Notes under the pieces: model-generated
Told to the model about the DNA's origin: nothing
The model's input: only the letters and a program-made list of their open reading frames with translations
The model's database searches: none
Translations under genes and position numbers: made by a program
Part shown: one piece after another, positions 20,672-30,472 of the stretch
Layout of the letters: every line of letters starts with the position of its first letter
How positions within the stretch are numbered: the first letter of the stretch is position 1
Assembly (NCBI GenBank): GCA_017639935.1
Contig: JAGFWP010000028.1
Span: 1-56,191, forward strand
DNA: 56,191 nucleotides
Origin: Pelagibacteraceae bacterium
GTDB taxonomy: Bacteria; Pseudomonadota; Alphaproteobacteria; HIMB59; GCA-002718135
Reading direction: 5' to 3'

Positions 20672-21655
20672 TCAGAAATAATTTTCAATGACATCAGAAA
20701 GAATTTTAACAAGTGAATCTTCATTTTCAAAAATAATTTCTCCTTCTAGAGTGTTAACAAGGGATCTGTAAGCTTTTGGAATTCTAACATTATCTTTTTG
20801 AGTTGATACAAGAATTGATTTTGTTTTATTAGCAGTTTCAGCTAAGGTAAGAAGATCATCTTCTGTATAGATATAATGATCAGGATAAGTGATTTGTTTG
20901 ATAATTTTACCTCCTTGTTCTTCTAATGATGTAAAAAATTTTTCTGGATAGGCGATACCAGCAAACGCAGTAATATTTTGACCTTTAAAATTTTTATTTT
21001 CTTTTTTGATTTCAAATTTAGCTTCAATTATTAAAATATTTTCAGGGATAGAATGTTTAAGTTCATCGCTAATTTCGCCAACAACAACTATAAGATTAGT
21101 TCGTGAAAGCCCTCTATTAATACTTTCTCTAAGGGGGCCTGAAGGCATAACTCTTTTATTTCCAAATTCTTGCGCAGCATTAATTACAATAATTGAAAAA
21201 TCTTTTTGAATAGTAGGATTTTGGAAACCATCATCCATTATAAGACAATCAGCACCTTCTTTTTTTGCTAATTTTGAGGAATTAATTCTATCAGTTCCAT
21301 TCCATGTGGGCGCTACTTTAGACAATAAAATTGACTCATCGCCCACTGAGGTAGCTGAATGCCATGATTGAACAAGCGTGCTTTTTTTAATCAGGCCAGA
21401 ATAACCTTTAGAAATAAAATGAGGTTTGTAACCAGCTTTGATAAGCAATTTTCCTATTTTAAGTGAGACAGGAGTTTTTCCAGCCCCACCCACAACAATA
21501 TTACCTATGCAAATGACAGGCAGTGGGGATTGTTGTTTTATGCTAATAAGATTACGTATTTTTGTTCCAAATCTGAATAATAAAGAAAAAGGATATAAAG
21601 AATTTGATAAATATGTATCTTTTTTTTTGTACCAGAATTTCGGAGCTTTCAACAA
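20672..21655 (-). CDS. lpxK: Tetraacyldisaccharide 4'-kinase
   Basis: GNIVVGGAGKTP, GDE, MDDGFQN, PSGPLRE, FAGIAYP. Confidence 0.95.
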   Translation of the reverse strand: MLKAPKFWYKKKDTYLSNSLYPFSLLFRFGTKIRNLISIKQQSPLPVICIGNIVVGGAGKTPVSLKIGKLLIKAGYKPHFISKGYSGLIKKSTLVQSWHSATSVGDESILLSKVAPTWNGTDRINSSKLAKKEGADCLIMDDGFQNPTIQKDFSIIVINAAQEFGNKRVMPSGPLRESINRGLSRTNLIVVVGEISDELKHSIPENILIIEAKFEIKKENKNFKGQNITAFAGIAYPEKFFTSLEEQGGKIIKQITYPDHYIYTEDDLLTLAETANKTKSILVSTQKDNVRIPKAYRSLVNTLEGEIIFENEDSLVKILSDVIENYF

Positions 21656-22905
21656 GGTGATACCTCTAAAATATTTTTTATAATGTAAATTAACTCGCTC
21701 GAATCAAAAAAATTCTTTTGCGCTACTTTTTTTGAATTTCCCTTCATTTTATTCATTTCATCATGGTCTTCAAACAGTTTTTTTATTTTTTTTTCTAATA
21801 TCGATATTTTATCAAACACAAAGCAAGCATTGTTTTTTAACATATCTTCATAAATGTTTTGCCAGTTATATACGTGTGGTCCTGTTATTATCACACAATT
21901 ATTTATAGCGGGCTCAATAGGATTATGCCCGCCTTTGCTAACAAAGGAACCTCCAAGAAACACAATATCACTTATATTGAAGTAAGCGGGTAAATTTCCA
22001 AAAGTATCAACAATCAACACATCACTATTTAAATAAGCATTATCACTCGTAAGTTTTGTTGAAATTCCGGATTTTTGATAGATTGATTGAATTGTTTTCG
22101 ATCTTTCTGGATGACGAGGTGCTATAATGATTTTTAAGACATCTATCTGTAATAAAAGTTTTTTTATAGTTGGTAAAAATTGAAATTCTTCATTTTCATG
22201 AGTACTGGCAAGCATCAAAGTTCTACTTTTTTGAAAATTTATTAATTTTTTATCCAGACTAATTTGTTGAATATTAGATCCTGATGATAATTTTAAATTG
22301 CCAATAAATTTTATGTTTCTATTAGTTAATGTTTTGATTCGTTCTCTGTCAAGTTGACTTTGGGCAAAAATTTCAGAAAAACACTCCGTCATTTGTTTGT
22401 AAAAAAATTTAATTATTTTCCATTTTTTATATGACTGTGGAGACATTCTAACATTGACTAACAAAGATTTAATTGATTTTTGTTTTAGTAATTCCATAGT
22501 TATTGGCCATAAATCAGACTCTATCCAAATAACTAATTTAGGCCTCCATTTATTGAGAAATCTCTCCACCCATAAACTAATATCTAAAGGAGCAAATTGA
22601 TGAATTATTTTATGAGCGTAGTTCTTTGAAGCAAAATTAGCCGCACTTAAAGTTGTAGTAGTAACTAGAATTGTATAGTTTTTACAAAGCAAATTAATTA
22701 ATAAATCGGCAGACTTAAATTCACCGATGCTTGCTGTATGTATCCAAACAACATCTCCTTTAGGCCTTTCTAATGAAGTAATTCCATATCTTTCAGAAAA
22801 TCTTGCCTTGTTCTCTTTTCCATAAAAAATTCTAAAAAATACATTTAATTTAATCAAAGGAATTAAAATAATTCCTAAATATTTATATAGAATAATCATT
22901 GGCAA
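21649..22905 (-). CDS. waaA: Kdo transferase
   Basis: WIHTASIGE, ESDLWP, GNLK, ASTH, PRHPER, GGHNPIEPA. Confidence 0.95.
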   Translation of the reverse strand: MPMIILYKYLGIILIPLIKLNVFFRIFYGKENKARFSERYGITSLERPKGDVVWIHTASIGEFKSADLLINLLCKNYTILVTTTTLSAANFASKNYAHKIIHQFAPLDISLWVERFLNKWRPKLVIWIESDLWPITMELLKQKSIKSLLVNVRMSPQSYKKWKIIKFFYKQMTECFSEIFAQSQLDRERIKTLTNRNIKFIGNLKLSSGSNIQQISLDKKLINFQKSRTLMLASTHENEEFQFLPTIKKLLLQIDVLKIIIAPRHPERSKTIQSIYQKSGISTKLTSDNAYLNSDVLIVDTFGNLPAYFNISDIVFLGGSFVSKGGHNPIEPAINNCVIITGPHVYNWQNIYEDMLKNNACFVFDKISILEKKIKKLFEDHDEMNKMKGNSKKVAQKNFFDSSELIYIIKNILEVSPC

Positions 22906-23564
22906 TTATTTTGTGCCTTTTTGACACTTTGATTAATTTTTTCTTGAAGCAATTTTTGATAATATTGAATTTGATTTTTATGAATATTATTAGGTATTTC
23001 TAATGGCTTGCTCCATACAAACGAACATTTAGAAAATGGCAAAGTAATTAAAAAAGAATCCCAGGATTTTAATTTAAAATTTTTTGAAGACCAAAATCCT
23101 ATTGGAATGATTGGAACCTTTGATGACTTTGCTATTTTTATTATGCCCTCTGAAACTATTTCCTTAGGTCCTCTAGGACCATCGGGTGTTATTCCAATAT
23201 AATTATTATCATTTAATAATTTAAAAATAGATTTTAGAGATATGCTTTTATTTTTTTTTGAAGTTTGAATGTTGTTTAAATTAAAATATTTACCAACGAT
23301 TGCACCGAATTTTCCATCACTGTGGCCCGATGCTAAAATGTTAACATTTTTATTTTTTTTCCATGAAAATCCTATCATCATTAATTGACTGTGCCAAAAA
23401 GCTAAAATAAATGGTTTATCATTGTTCCAAAACTGTTTTGGAATTGTTTCATTTTCAAACTGAATAGAAGAAGTAAGGTTTACTGTACGAATATAAAGAA
23501 ATGTAAAAAAACCTAAAATATTTTGTACAAAAAAATTTCTTAATAACTTTTTTTTAATACGCAT
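22896..23564 (-). CDS. DUF374 family lysophospholipid acyltransferase-like protein
   Basis: FWH, SGHSDG, ITPDGPRGP, SWD; usual partner of waaA. Confidence 0.85.
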   Translation of the reverse strand: MRIKKKLLRNFFVQNILGFFTFLYIRTVNLTSSIQFENETIPKQFWNNDKPFILAFWHSQLMMIGFSWKKNKNVNILASGHSDGKFGAIVGKYFNLNNIQTSKKNKSISLKSIFKLLNDNNYIGITPDGPRGPKEIVSEGIIKIAKSSKVPIIPIGFWSSKNFKLKSWDSFLITLPFSKCSFVWSKPLEIPNNIHKNQIQYYQKLLQEKINQSVKKAQNNCQ

Positions 23565-25314
23565 TATCTAATTTTTCTTTTAAATGAAGCTGAGAATAAA
23601 GCTTACAACTACTTAGTAATTTTTCATGTGAACCTGAGTCAACAATTTTTCCATTATCTAGAACATATATTAAATCTGCATTCTCTATAGTGCTTAATCT
23701 GTGCGCAACTATCAGGGATGTTTTATTTATCATCAATTGATTCATAGAGTATTGAATTTTTTGTTCTGTTAAATTATCTAATGCTGATGTTGCTTCATCT
23801 AATAGAAGAATAGGAGCATTTTTTAACAAAGCTCTAGCAATGGCAATGCGCTGTCGTTGTCCGCCAGATAATTTAATTCCACCTTCTCCAACGATGGTAT
23901 TAAGTTTATTGGGCATTGAATTTGCAAATTCGTTAACACCAGCCTCGTTGGCTGCCTTTTCTATTTCCGACGAAGATGCGTTTAAATTTCCATATTTAAT
24001 ATTTGTTTCAATGGTGTCATTAAAAAGCATTGTTTCTTGAGTAACAAGTCCAATATTATTTCTAAGAGATTTTAACGAACAATCATTAATATTCTGATCG
24101 TCTATCAATATCCTTCCTTTATAGTTGGTAAAAAAGTTGAGCAACAAACTTATAATTGTTGATTTTCCTGAACCAGACAGACCTACCAGGGCTGTCTTTT
24201 TACCCGCTGGTATTAATAAGTGTAAATTTTCTAGCACTTTTTTATTATCGTACGAAAAATGCAAATCTTTTATTTCAATTTTTCCACCCCTTACATTTAA
24301 TTCTTTTTTTTCAGTATTTGTATTTTCAATAGAGTTTTCACTTGTGTCCATAAGTTCAAAAATTCTCTCTGCACCTGCCAGTCCTTCCTGCACACTAATA
24401 TTTAAATTTCCTAAAGCTTTAACTGGTTGATAGGCAAGTAACAAACTGACAAGAAAGCTTATGAACTGTCCTGTTGTCATACTTTCATCTAGTACAAAGA
24501 TTCCCCCAACGTATATTGAAAGTGCGATTGCTAAACTTCCAATAAATTCCATAAGAGGACTTAAACGATTACTTATAAAGGCAGATCGAATGAAATAATT
24601 CTTTATTAGTTGTATAGTTTTAAATGCTCTTGAAGTTTCATATTTTTCTTGATTGTAAGCCTTTACTTGACGAATTCCTTTTATGCTTTCACCTAAGACA
24701 TTTGAAAAAACAGCTATTTCATTTTGTATGGTGTAGGTGATCTTTCTTATACTTTTTCCTATTTTTTTAATTGGCCATAAAGCCAAAGGAAAGGCGAAAA
24801 AAGCAAAAAGGGTTAACTGCCAGCTTTGATAAAACATGTTTCCTAAGAGAAAAACAATAACAAGAAAATCTTTAATGACGCCCGTAACTGTTTTGACAAT
24901 GGCCATACGTAAAAAATATGTGTCATTAATTAATCTAGATATCAAATTACCAGATTTAGAGTCATTGAAAAAAGTTAAATTAAAAAACATTAATTTTTGA
25001 AACATTTCTGATTGCAAAGTCGCAATGATATTATGAGCAACTTTACTCATTTGAAAAGAATGAAGATAAGTCGCAATTCCTTTACACAGTGTTGTAATGA
25101 TGATTGCTATGGGTATTAATAAAAGCATTTTTTCATCACCTTTAATTAATACATCATCTAAGGCAGGCCTTACTAACCAAGCATGTAGTCCTGTTGCCCC
25201 AGCTGAAATAATCATCATTAATAGAGCAAATAAGATTTTGAATTTATGAGGAAAAATATAACAACTGATCAGTCTTTTAACCGTTTCTTTATTTGATCTT
25301 TGATTTTTTTTCAT
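23554..25314 (-). CDS. msbA: Lipid A ABC exporter, MsbA-like
   Basis: Fused TMD + NBD, GLSGSGKST, LSGGQRQR, LLLDEATS; heads the lipid A operon. Confidence 0.82.
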   Translation of the reverse strand: MKKNQRSNKETVKRLISCYIFPHKFKILFALLMMIISAGATGLHAWLVRPALDDVLIKGDEKMLLLIPIAIIITTLCKGIATYLHSFQMSKVAHNIIATLQSEMFQKLMFFNLTFFNDSKSGNLISRLINDTYFLRMAIVKTVTGVIKDFLVIVFLLGNMFYQSWQLTLFAFFAFPLALWPIKKIGKSIRKITYTIQNEIAVFSNVLGESIKGIRQVKAYNQEKYETSRAFKTIQLIKNYFIRSAFISNRLSPLMEFIGSLAIALSIYVGGIFVLDESMTTGQFISFLVSLLLAYQPVKALGNLNISVQEGLAGAERIFELMDTSENSIENTNTEKKELNVRGGKIEIKDLHFSYDNKKVLENLHLLIPAGKKTALVGLSGSGKSTIISLLLNFFTNYKGRILIDDQNINDCSLKSLRNNIGLVTQETMLFNDTIETNIKYGNLNASSSEIEKAANEAGVNEFANSMPNKLNTIVGEGGIKLSGGQRQRIAIARALLKNAPILLLDEATSALDNLTEQKIQYSMNQLMINKTSLIVAHRLSTIENADLIYVLDNGKIVDSGSHEKLLSSCKLYSQLHLKEKLDNAY

Positions 25315-25320
25315 AGTGCG

Positions 25321-26184
25321 TTAAAAAATTAATAAAAAGATAAAACAAGACAATCCAATGATATTATTAAACTTAAAATAGTAATTTGAACTATTTTTTG
25401 AGTCTAACCTCCATTTATTCAAATGTAAAATCATAGCAAATATAATTAATAATATCGTTGCAAAACTAAGCAAATTTCCAGATGATTTATAACCCAGAAA
25501 TCCAATAATCAAAAAAAAGATAGTATAAAACATCATAACGAACTTATGACCTAGAGCACCAAAAAGAACCGCCGTTGATTTAATGTTATTTTTTAAATCA
25601 TCATCCCTATCTTGATATGCATAGATAGTATCATAGGCGAGAGTCCAAAAGATACATGCAAAATATAAAAGAAAAAAATATAAATTAATTTCATTAAAAA
25701 ATTCAATTGAAACAATTAAAACTCCCCAATTAAAAACCAATCCTAAACATAACTGAGGCCAATGAGTATATCTTTTCATATATGGATAAAAAATTATTAA
25801 AGGAACAGATAATAAACCAGTTAAAATAGCATTAATGTTGAATTGTAGAAGAATTATCATTGAAAAAAATAAAAGCACTGACAACAACAAACCTGCTTCC
25901 AAGATAGAAATTTTTTTTGATGTTAGGGGTCTTAGCGCCGTTCTTTCAACTTTTTTATCTAAATTGATATCAATTAAATCATTAATAATGCATCCAGCAC
26001 TTCGCATTAAAAAAGCGCCAATCATAAAGTAAATGTACCAATGAAATAATTCGACCGGATTTAATGGGACGTACGCTAACGCGAACCAACACGGCCACAA
26101 TAGCAACATAAAACCAATAGGTTTGTCAAACCTGATAAGGTCAAGAAAATAGGTGATTTTTTTGGGGACAATTATATCCAACAT
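25321..26184 (-). CDS. ubiA: 4-Hydroxybenzoate polyprenyltransferase
   Basis: RFDKPIG, RSAGCIIND..D, YPYMKR, YDTIYAYQD. Confidence 0.95.
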   Translation of the reverse strand: MLDIIVPKKITYFLDLIRFDKPIGFMLLLWPCWFALAYVPLNPVELFHWYIYFMIGAFLMRSAGCIINDLIDINLDKKVERTALRPLTSKKISILEAGLLLSVLLFFSMIILLQFNINAILTGLLSVPLIIFYPYMKRYTHWPQLCLGLVFNWGVLIVSIEFFNEINLYFFLLYFACIFWTLAYDTIYAYQDRDDDLKNNIKSTAVLFGALGHKFVMMFYTIFFLIIGFLGYKSSGNLLSFATILLIIFAMILHLNKWRLDSKNSSNYYFKFNNIIGLSCFIFLLIF

Positions 26185-26222
26185 AATTAGAAAAATGATA
26201 AAGTTGCCAATACATTAAAATA

Positions 26223-26957
26223 ATGAAAAAGTCCAAAACACGTATTTTTGTAAGTAAATCTATATCACCAAACTTGATGGTTTATATTAAAGATAAACAG
26301 CATCATTTTTTAAAGAACGTTCTAAGAGTAAAAATTAATGACCAGATAAATATTTTTGATGGAATTTCGGGAGAGTGGGAGACAAATGTAATCTCAATAA
26401 ACAGAGACAATACTGTCTTACGTGTAACAAAAAATATCAGCAAAATTAAAGAATCTAGTGACGTGTGGTTAGTATTTTCTCCTATTAAACAACATCGTAT
26501 GAGTCTAGCTGTTCAAAAGGCAACAGAATTAGGAGTATCAAAAATTATTCCATGTATTACTGAATATACAAACGTTAGGACAATAAATACAAAAAATTTA
26601 TATTTTAATGCCATTGAGGCAGCAGAACAATCAGAACGACTAGATATTCCAAAAATAGAAAAACAAATTGATCTTAAATCTTTATTGTTAAAATGGCCTG
26701 AAGATAGAAAATTAGTTTATTGTGATGAAAAAATTAATAATGGCAAATCCATAATAGAAACCCTTGTCCCTTTAAGGGATTCTAGTACTAAATGGGGAGT
26801 TCTTATTGGTCCAGAGGGAGGGTTCTCTGACTTAGAAAATGAATTAATAACAAAGACCAAGAATGTAGTAGCAGTATCGTTTGGAGATAGGGTGCTTCGT
26901 TCCGACACAGCAATAACCGTCTCCCTGTATTGCATTCAGGAATTATTGTTTAACTAA
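26223..26957 (+). CDS. rsmE: 16S rRNA m3U1498 methyltransferase
   Basis: HFLKNVLR, QKATELGV, EAAEQS, IGPEGGF, RVLRSDTA. Confidence 0.95.
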   Translation: MKKSKTRIFVSKSISPNLMVYIKDKQHHFLKNVLRVKINDQINIFDGISGEWETNVISINRDNTVLRVTKNISKIKESSDVWLVFSPIKQHRMSLAVQKATELGVSKIIPCITEYTNVRTINTKNLYFNAIEAAEQSERLDIPKIEKQIDLKSLLLKWPEDRKLVYCDEKINNGKSIIETLVPLRDSSTKWGVLIGPEGGFSDLENELITKTKNVVAVSFGDRVLRSDTAITVSLYCIQELLFN

Positions 26958-27005
26958 TATTTGTTTCATAAATATATGAATTGATTTATAAGCAACTATA
27001 ATCTT

Positions 27006-27644
27006 ATGACTGCTACTTATTCATACTTGCTTTTTATCTTATTAGGAATTTTCTTGTTTTGTTATTTGGTGGCAACAAGATCTTGGATTAAAGCAGATGA
27101 AAAGAATAAGCAGCTATCTCCTGAAAAAGACAAGCATAGTAGAAGAGATTTCCTATATCTTTCGTCAATTTCAATTGGCAGCGTGGGGACAGCTGCATTT
27201 ATATGGCCCTTTCTAAAAAGTATGAATCCTGCTGAAGACACATTAGCTCTTGGTTCAACCGAGGTGGATCTTTCTGATATTTCAGTTGGACAAAGCAAAA
27301 CTGTTAAATGGCGAGGCAAACCAATATTTATCAGACGACGAACCCAAGAAGAAATATCTGAAGCTAATAGCGTTGATGTCGCTGTTCTGCGCGATCCCGT
27401 GAATGACAAAGACAGAATTCAAAAAGAGGAATGGCTGGTTTTAGAGGGTATTTGCACACACTTGGGATGCGTGCCTCTAGGACAAAAAATGACAGATACA
27501 AAAGGGGAATATAACGGCTGGTTCTGTCCATGCCATGGATCGCATTATGATACTTCAGGAAGAATTCGAAAAGGACCTGCTCCAGACAACTTAGCCGTAC
27601 CACCTTATCAATTTATAAGTGATACGATTATTAAAATTGGATAA
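27006..27644 (+). CDS. petA: Ubiquinol-cytochrome c reductase Rieske iron-sulfur subunit (no adjacent petBC)
   Basis: RRDFL Tat motif, SMNP, KWRGKP, CTHLGC, CPCHGSHYD, GPAP. Confidence 0.93.
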   Translation: MTATYSYLLFILLGIFLFCYLVATRSWIKADEKNKQLSPEKDKHSRRDFLYLSSISIGSVGTAAFIWPFLKSMNPAEDTLALGSTEVDLSDISVGQSKTVKWRGKPIFIRRRTQEEISEANSVDVAVLRDPVNDKDRIQKEEWLVLEGICTHLGCVPLGQKMTDTKGEYNGWFCPCHGSHYDTSGRIRKGPAPDNLAVPPYQFISDTIIKIG

Positions 27645-27652
27645 AATTAATT

Positions 27653-27847
27653 TTAATCTTTATCTAAAAATTTTCGCAAAAATTTATTGGCAAAAAAAAG
27701 CACGGTAAAAGAGGAGATAATAACAATTACCGCGATACTGGCTCCTGACAACCCGTTTGTATAACATACAGCGCAACGAGCAGACGCTGATAATGGCGTT
27801 AAAATGATAAGCAAAATAGTATATGAAAAAATAAATTTTTTTATCAT
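27653..27847 (-). CDS. Small membrane protein with CxxC motif
   Basis: 64 aa; signal peptide ending ASA, RCAVC, one TM helix, basic tail; ATGA overlap with the ctaB stop. Confidence 0.7.
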   Translation of the reverse strand: MIKKFIFSYTILLIILTPLSASARCAVCYTNGLSGASIAVIVIISSFTVLFFANKFLRKFLDKD

Positions 27848-28752
27848 TGTATTATATTATCCACTATTATTATTGAAAAAATTAAGAAAAGATAAAGGAT
27901 TGAATAAACAAATATTTTTTTCGCAAATTTTTTTTCATTATCAGTATCAGTTAATAATTTATAGCATAAATAGACATAGTAACTTCCTAGGAAAAAACTG
28001 GATAAGAGATATATTAAACCAAAATAACCAAAAAAAGCAGGAGAGAGAGAGACAATAAATAATATGACCGCATAAACAAAAATGTTTGTTTTGGTGGTCT
28101 TTATGCCTGCAACAACAGGCAGCATTGGAATTTTTGCATTATTATAGTCTTCTGTTTTATACAAGCTTAAGGCCCAGAAATGAGATGGCGTCCAAAAAAA
28201 AATAATGAGGAAAAGTAATATGGGTTCTAAAGTTATATTTCCAGTTACAATCGTCCAACCTATAACAGGAGGTAAGGCACCTGCAACCCCCCCAATGACG
28301 ATGTTTTGTGAAGTTTTTGGTTTCAGCCATATTGTATAAATAATTGTGTAAAAGAAAATAGTAAAAAATAACATAGTCGCAGATAAAAGATTTGAGAAAA
28401 AATAAAGAGTAATAACTGATACAAAAGAAGTTACTATACCAAATATTAGTGCTTGATTTTTTGTAACCTTGCCCGTTGGTATGGGTCTGAGACACGTTCT
28501 TTTCATTAACGCATCAAGGTCTGCCTCATACCACATGTTTAATGCTCCAGCAGCCCCTGCGCCCAGAGCAACGGCCATTATGGACAGGGATGCATCAAAA
28601 AAACCTACTTGTGTTGGAGCTATGATTAATCCGACTACACAAGTAAAAATAACCAAAGACATCACGCGCGGCTTCATAAGCTGGTAGAAGCTACGTGAGT
28701 ATGTGAAAAAATTGGTATTTATTAATGCTGTTTGTGGCAACAATGCCTCCAA
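27844..28752 (-). CDS. ctaB: Protoheme IX farnesyltransferase (heme O synthase)
   Basis: KPRVMSL, D..MKRTCLRP, QNIVIGGVAGALPP, WTPSHFWAL; start may be TTG 28740 after a GGAGG. Confidence 0.95.
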   Translation of the reverse strand: MEALLPQTALINTNFFTYSRSFYQLMKPRVMSLVIFTCVVGLIIAPTQVGFFDASLSIMAVALGAGAAGALNMWYEADLDALMKRTCLRPIPTGKVTKNQALIFGIVTSFVSVITLYFFSNLLSATMLFFTIFFYTIIYTIWLKPKTSQNIVIGGVAGALPPVIGWTIVTGNITLEPILLFLIIFFWTPSHFWALSLYKTEDYNNAKIPMLPVVAGIKTTKTNIFVYAVILFIVSLSPAFFGYFGLIYLLSSFFLGSYYVYLCYKLLTDTDNEKKFAKKIFVYSILYLFLIFSIIIVDNIIQ

Positions 28753-28756
28753 AAAT

Positions 28757-29086
28757 TTATGAACCAGCTATCATGAAATATATTTTTCTTACTAATAACG
28801 TCCAATATGATTCATGCCACATTATAAATAACAATAGCAAGATGGCACTGCAAGGAAAGAGAATAGCGTAGAGCAATGCCAATCGCTCCCAGTATAAATG
28901 CATAAATATTGCACATATCAAGCCAGCTTTTAAAAGCATGAATATAATAATCAAACCCCACCGCGAGAAGCCTTCAAACTGGAACCAATCCACTAGATAG
29001 GAAAATGTGCTAAGAACAAAAAGCAGTAACCAGATTGTAAGATAAATAGATATAGGATGTTGTTGCGATTGCGTATTTTGTGTCAT
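28757..29086 (-). CDS. Cytochrome c oxidase subunit IV (CoxQ-like)
   Basis: Three TM helices, KAGLI..FMHL; position after two subunit III genes. Confidence 0.85.
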   Translation of the reverse strand: MTQNTQSQQHPISIYLTIWLLLFVLSTFSYLVDWFQFEGFSRWGLIIIFMLLKAGLICAIFMHLYWERLALLYAILFPCSAILLLLFIMWHESYWTLLVRKIYFMIAGS

Positions 29087-29095
29087 TATATTACC

Positions 29096-29815
29096 TCACC
29101 ATAAATAGAAAAAAGCAAAAATGAAAACCCACACTAGATCAACAAAGTGCCAGTAAAGACCCATTATTTCTATTGCTTCATAATGTGATTTTTGCGATGT
29201 GAAAAAACCTCTTCTACCCGTATCAAAATCACCTCTAAACGACTTTCTTGACATTATTAGTAGAAAAATCACTCCAATTGTAACATGAGTTCCATGAAAA
29301 CCAGTTATCATAAAAAAACTTGCGCCAAATTGCGGAGCACCCCATGGATTGCCCCAAGGACGAACCCCCTCCATAATAAGTTTTGTCCATTCAAAAGCTT
29401 GCATGCCAACAAATGAAGCACCAAAGAGAGCTGTTAATATCAAAAATATAGAACACATTTTACGATTGCGTTGATAACCGTACTTTACGGCAAGAGCCAT
29501 TGTCCCACTGCTTGTAATGAGGATGAAAGTCATAATTGCAATTAAAAGAAGAGGAACAGAAACATGACCGACATGCAATGAAAATACTTTGCTAGGATTA
29601 GGCCACGCAAGCTTAGTAGAAAAACGAACAGTCATATATGAAATTAAAAATATGCTAAAAATGAAAGTATCAGCAACAAGGAAGATCCACATCATTGCTT
29701 TTCCCCACGGCACGCCTTTAAAAGTTTTTTGATCCGATGACCAATCAGATACAACGCCTTTTCGACCCTTGATGTATGGAGGGACTGTTATTGTTGCTGT
29801 TGTTGATTCTTCCAT
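29096..29815 (-). CDS. coxP: Heme-copper oxidase subunit III, CoxP type
   Basis: WGKAMMWIFL, TGFHGTHV, GLYWHFVDLVW. Confidence 0.85.
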   Translation of the reverse strand: MEESTTATITVPPYIKGRKGVVSDWSSDQKTFKGVPWGKAMMWIFLVADTFIFSIFLISYMTVRFSTKLAWPNPSKVFSLHVGHVSVPLLLIAIMTFILITSSGTMALAVKYGYQRNRKMCSIFLILTALFGASFVGMQAFEWTKLIMEGVRPWGNPWGAPQFGASFFMITGFHGTHVTIGVIFLLIMSRKSFRGDFDTGRRGFFTSQKSHYEAIEIMGLYWHFVDLVWVFIFAFFYLW

Positions 29816-29827
29816 AAACTATTCTCC

Positions 29828-30472
29828 TTAAGAAAATGACATTAATCCAAACAAGACTAACCAGACAAAAAGTAAAAAATGCCAGTAAATGCCACACAAT
29901 TCCACTGTATGCTGAGCATTTTTAACAATAATTTCATTGAAGGACCAGACTTTTCTAATTGTCATGCCCCAGTAAATCAATCCTCCTATAAGATGCAGTC
30001 CATGCAGTGCTGTGAAAAGATAAAAATAGGCATTAGCAGGATTGCCTGCCACATAGTATCCCAGTCCGATTAGTTTCTGCCATACTAGCAACTGACCTAA
30101 AATAAAAATAAAAGCTAATCCACCAATCATCAAAAGACCTCTTTTAACTTTTTCAAACTGTTTTTTATTGGATGCAACCTGAACACTTATAAAAATTATA
30201 CTGCTTGCAAGCAGTACAAATGTATTGAACCATAGCAACAGGGGTTCAGGCATATTTTGCCAATCCGCGTAAATCATTCTATCTGAGTAGGTAACAATGA
30301 ATAGACAAAAAAATATTGTGCTTACAATTATAATATATCGCTGCCCCAGTTTTCCAGTACTAAGATCTATAGTTTGCCCACTGTGCAAGTTATCAAGTTC
30401 AGCTTGAGCAGGATCCCAAGGTTTCTGTGTAAGTAGCTGAAGAATGCTTTCTTCTTTATTTCTATTGCTCAT
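29828..30472 (-). CDS. coxO: Heme-copper oxidase subunit III, CoxO type
   Basis: NPANAYFY, TALHGLH, YWHFL..W. Confidence 0.82.
   Translation of the reverse strand: MSNRNKEESILQLLTQKPWDPAQAELDNLHSGQTIDLSTGKLGQRYIIIVSTIFFCLFIVTYSDRMIYADWQNMPEPLLLWFNTFVLLASSIIFISVQVASNKKQFEKVKRGLLMIGGLAFIFILGQLLVWQKLIGLGYYVAGNPANAYFYLFTALHGLHLIGGLIYWGMTIRKVWSFNEIIVKNAQHTVELCGIYWHFLLFVWLVLFGLMSFS

Noticed and set aside
26981-26995. TTGATTTATAAGCAA upstream of petA as an FNR box
   Set aside because: Wrong spacing and a mismatched right half-site.
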